In this document: one piece after another, positions 7,173 through 9,422 of the stretch
Numbering within the stretch: position 1 is the stretch's first letter
Layout of the letters: each line of letters opens with the position of its first letter
Virus record (IMG/VR): IMGVR_UViG_2554235187_000005
DNA length: 9,422 nt
Source: a virus
Taxonomy: Duplodnaviria > Heunggongvirae > Uroviricota > Caudoviricetes
Reading direction: 5' to 3' (one strand)
Notes under the pieces: model-generated
The model's database searches: none
The model's input: only the letters and a program-made list of their open reading frames with translations
What the model was told of the DNA's origin: nothing
Position numbers and translations under genes: made by a program

Positions 7173-7482
7173 GTTTTGTTGATGCGCCGTATCGTCGCTA
7201 TATTCCCTCATTAACAGAGACCGCAGCCCGACAGGGAGACTCCTCTGCGCGAGTGTGCGGGGATAATTAAAAACGATGCACACCGGGTTTTTACCGCGTT
7301 AATGATTCGCGGGTTTATCCCGGTGCGATGGTGGAAGAAACAGGAAGCTGTATTACAGAAAGTGCTACTACTGTATCCCGATGCGATGTATGTAATGTGA
7401 GTCAGATAATGGCACAGGATGTGGTGATGTGGCAGTCTGGAACACAGGATATATTGTCAGAATAAGACCCGTAGGAATAAAA

Positions 7483-7809
7483 ATGAAAAGACGCCTTTTA
7501 CTACTTTTTCTGTTATCTGTCCTGGCAGTGGGATGCTCGCAGCAAAAAGCTGATGAGCCCCGGCAATTAGTGACGGTGTATCCACGATATCCGGAATATG
7601 CTGCAGCAAATTATATCAAGGGGCTGGTTGAGGTTAAGTTCGATATTGGTGCTGATGGGACTGTGACACGGATCGTTTTTCTCCGCTCAGAGCCTCATAA
7701 TTTGTTTCGTGATGAAGTGGTGAAGGCCATGGCGAAATGGCGATTTGAAAAGAATCGCCCCTGTCAGGGAGTGAAGAGACAATTTATCTTTACGCCGTCA
7801 CGTCCTTGA
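7483..7809 (+). CDS. Lipoprotein with TonB C-terminal-like domain (phage moron)
   Basis: SD AGGA 6 nt before ATG; signal peptide plus lipobox LAVGC; mature part matches the TonB-CTD pattern (YPxYPxxA...G-V-V-KFDI--DGTV--I--L-S-P---F--EV--AM--WRF). Confidence 0.6.
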   Translation: MKRRLLLLFLLSVLAVGCSQQKADEPRQLVTVYPRYPEYAAANYIKGLVEVKFDIGADGTVTRIVFLRSEPHNLFRDEVVKAMAKWRFEKNRPCQGVKRQFIFTPSRP

Positions 7810-7901
7810 TGCTTCCAGGTAGAGAGGGGCTGGACGCAGGAGAAAAATGAAAGAGCCAGCGGTTATATTTTTGTCATGGCTGACGAGGAATGATGGAAGA
7901 A

Positions 7902-7950
7902 GGCGTTGTATGCCACACAACGCCTCACTGTTCATTTCTTCTTTTTCTCT
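7902..7950. terminator. Bidirectional terminator between convergent genes
   Basis: Hairpin GGCGTTGT/ACAACGCC (7902-7924) followed on + by a T-rich TCACTGTTCATTTCTTCTTTTTCTC. Confidence 0.45.
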
Positions 7951-8111
7951 GGTGGAACCCGATGAATAAGAGTTGCACTGGTTTCCGATGAGATGGCGAT
8001 ATACTCGGGCAAAGTATGCTGGCAGTTTTCCAACTGGTCAAAAATACCTGCTCTCGTCTGTTGCAATGCCTGCAGCATGCGGCGGCAATGCGCCTTGCTT
8101 TTACTAACCAT
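7932..8111 (-). CDS. Hypothetical small protein (59 aa; in-frame extension possible to 8285)
   Basis: Minus-strand ATG (rc of 8109-8111) preceded by strong SD AGGAAGGA; the longer 117-aa version overlaps the adjacent ORF; C-terminal KKKK is encoded by the terminator T-tract, which is suspicious. Confidence 0.3.
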   Translation of the reverse strand: MVSKSKAHCRRMLQALQQTRAGIFDQLENCQHTLPEYIAISSETSATLIHRVPPEKKKK

Positions 8112-8172
8112 CTTTCCTTCCTCTATCAGTCGCTGCGTGAACTCATCATGTAATACCAGGTAAATGCGGATG

Positions 8173-8424
8173 TTATCGGTTTTGGCTACGCAGCATAGTA
8201 CAAAACGGACAGGTGCATCCCGGGACGGGGGAGGCGTCACATGTCCCTGTGATGGTTGTTCCGGGTAATGCACTGTGTGGGGCATAAAAATGTCCGATAA
8301 TTTTACTTTCTACCGCAGTTAGTTGATTCGTTGGTCCTGGTAGCACATTGGGCGAGGATTTAAATGCCAGGCAACTGAAGGATGATGTTGCAAGGGAGAT
8401 AGCGAGAATATTTCTGATTTTCAT
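8173..8424 (-). CDS. Small secreted Cys-rich protein (83 aa, predicted signal peptide)
   Basis: Minus-strand ATG (rc of 8422-8424) with SD AGAGG; N-terminal MKIRNILAISLATSSFSCLA signal-peptide-like; 5 Cys in the mature part. Confidence 0.4.
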   Translation of the reverse strand: MKIRNILAISLATSSFSCLAFKSSPNVLPGPTNQLTAVESKIIGHFYAPHSALPGTTITGTCDASPVPGCTCPFCTMLRSQNR

Positions 8425-8572
8425 TTGATGATGCCTCTGTGTGAAATGACGGTAAACGACGCACTTGTGCCGGCACATAATAGCAAGCACCATAATAGAT
8501 CAGATTCGATTCTTGCTGTAAGTGATAATTATTCTCGTTTTCGGGTCCTTTCCGTCGATCCAACAGGTTACG

Positions 8573-8584
8573 GGGCGGCGACCT
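8573..8584. other. cosN cohesive-end site (GGGCGGCGACCT)
   Basis: Exact match to the recalled 12-nt lambda cohesive end, preceded by ...CAGGTTACG and followed by CGCGGGTTTTCGCTATTTATGAAAATTTTCCGG as at the lambda left end; ~190 bp upstream of Nu1. Confidence 0.85.
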
Positions 8585-8620
8585 CGCGGGTTTTCGCTAT
8601 TTATGAAAATTTTCCGGGGA

Positions 8621-8736
8621 AAATCATGTCGGTACTTCTCGAACATAACTATTTGTTTTTTCTAATATCGAATCCGTAAAAGGTCCGACATGAAAACGCC
8701 TAAAAAAGTCATTTTCGGGCACTTTCATGTCGGCCC
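8621..8736. repeat. cosB-like terminase-binding repeats (3 copies of TCATGTCGG, the middle one inverted)
   Basis: TCATGTCGG at 8624-8632 and 8725-8733 (direct), CCGACATGA at 8685-8693 (inverted); the R3/R2/R1 arrangement mirrors lambda cosB, but the repeat sequence differs from lambda. Confidence 0.5.
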
Positions 8737-8760
8737 CTGTATTTATTGTGAGACTGTTTC

Positions 8761-9306
8761 ATGAAGGTTAATAAAAAGAAACTTGCCGAAATTTTCAACG
8801 TGGATCCGCGAACGATTGAACGCTGGCAGTCTCAGGGACTCCCTTGCGTCTCCGGAGGTGGTAAGGGCGTTGAATCTGTATTTGATACCGCCATGGCAAT
8901 TCAGTGGTATGCGCAGAGGGAAGCTGATATCGAAAATGAAAAACTCCGTAAAGAGGTTGAGGATTACAGGGCTGCCAGTGAGGCAGATCTCCAGCCTGGG
9001 ACTATTGAGTACGAACGCCATCGACTTACGCGTGCGCAGGCCGACGCACAGGAGCTGAAAAATGCCAGAGACTCCGCTGAAGTGGTGGAAACCGCATTCT
9101 GTACTTTCGTGCTGTCACGGATCGCAGGTGAAATTGCCAGTATTCTTGACGGGATCCCTCTCTCGGTACAGCGGCGTTTTCCGGAACTGGAAAACCGACA
9201 TGTTGATTTCCTGAAACGGGATATCATCAAAGCCATGAACAAAGCAGCCGCGCTGGATGAACTGATACCGGGGTTGCTGAGTGAATATATCGAACAGTCA
9301 GATTGA
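8761..9306 (+). CDS. nu1: Terminase small subunit Nu1
   Basis: 181-aa product near-identical to recalled lambda gpNu1 from ~residue 60 onward; N-terminal wHTH region diverged ([30 protein letters not shown]...). Confidence 0.9.
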   Translation: MKVNKKKLAEIFNVDPRTIERWQSQGLPCVSGGGKGVESVFDTAMAIQWYAQREADIENEKLRKEVEDYRAASEADLQPGTIEYERHRLTRAQADAQELKNARDSAEVVETAFCTFVLSRIAGEIASILDGIPLSVQRRFPELENRHVDFLKRDIIKAMNKAAALDELIPGLLSEYIEQSD

Positions 9307-9422
9307 TATTCTGCGGCGTGATGTACGCGCCGGGCTGCGAGCCCTGTTCAGGCCGGAGCCACAGACTGCCGTTGAATGGGCGGATGCCAGTTACTATCTC
9401 CCGAAAGAATCCGCATACCAGG
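9281..9422 (+). CDS. A: Terminase large subunit A (5' fragment, runs off window end)
   Basis: Start overlaps the Nu1 3' end by 26 nt as in lambda; translation (M/V)[46 protein letters not shown] matches the recalled gpA N-terminus. Confidence 0.85.
   Translation, partial: MNISNSQIDILRRDVRAGLRALFRPEPQTAVEWADASYYLPKESAYQ

Larger units (their letters stand above)
1..9422 (+). mobile_element. Lambdoid prophage late region (nin-region end, Q, lysis cassette, cos, terminase)
   Basis: Gene order RusA - Q - terminator - holin - endolysin - Rz/Rz1 - cos - Nu1 - A is colinear with lambda/21-type phages; Nu1/A and cosN match recalled lambda sequence. Confidence 0.9.

Noticed and set aside
6800-7283. 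Antisense ORFs 6800..7072 and 6918..7283 inside Rz/Rz1
   Set aside because: Rz and Rz1 already occupy two frames of this DNA with strong homology support; a third antisense gene is implausible.
8425-8679. 84-aa + strand ORF spanning the cos site
   Set aside because: It crosses cosN and cosB, where lambda-type phages have no gene, and has no SD; the region is explained by cos elements.
8964-9242. 92-aa antisense ORF inside nu1
   Set aside because: Shadow ORF opposite a gene near-identical to lambda Nu1.
1-9422. CRISPR arrays, IS elements or integrase/att sites
   Set aside because: No regularly spaced direct repeats, no terminal inverted repeats flanking a transposase-like ORF, and no integrase; the window lies internal to the prophage.

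Overview
The window reads as the late (right-arm) region of a lambdoid prophage from an enterobacterial, E. coli-like genome, running across the cos site into the packaging genes. Left to right on the + strand: a DUF968-like protein with an HNH-like Cys/His motif, RusA resolvase, a Q-type antiterminator followed by a tR'-like terminator, a small moron ORF flanked by terminators, an AT-rich island with one opposite-strand gene, and then a phage-21-type lysis cassette (dual-start pinholin, SAR endolysin, Rz with embedded Rz1). The cassette is unusually expanded: an unrecognised ~296-aa gene sits between holin and endolysin, and two tiny single-TM ORFs sit between endolysin and Rz. Downstream are a TonB C-terminal-domain lipoprotein in the position lambda uses for bor, convergent small minus-strand ORFs, a lambda-identical cosN with non-lambda cosB repeats, terminase small subunit Nu1 and the 5' end of terminase large subunit A. 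The most likely undescribed biology is the set of insertions in and around the lysis cassette (4757-5647, 6374-6702, 7483-7809) and the AT-rich island (3420-4025). All calls come from reading the sequence and from recalled protein families; no database search or computation was run.
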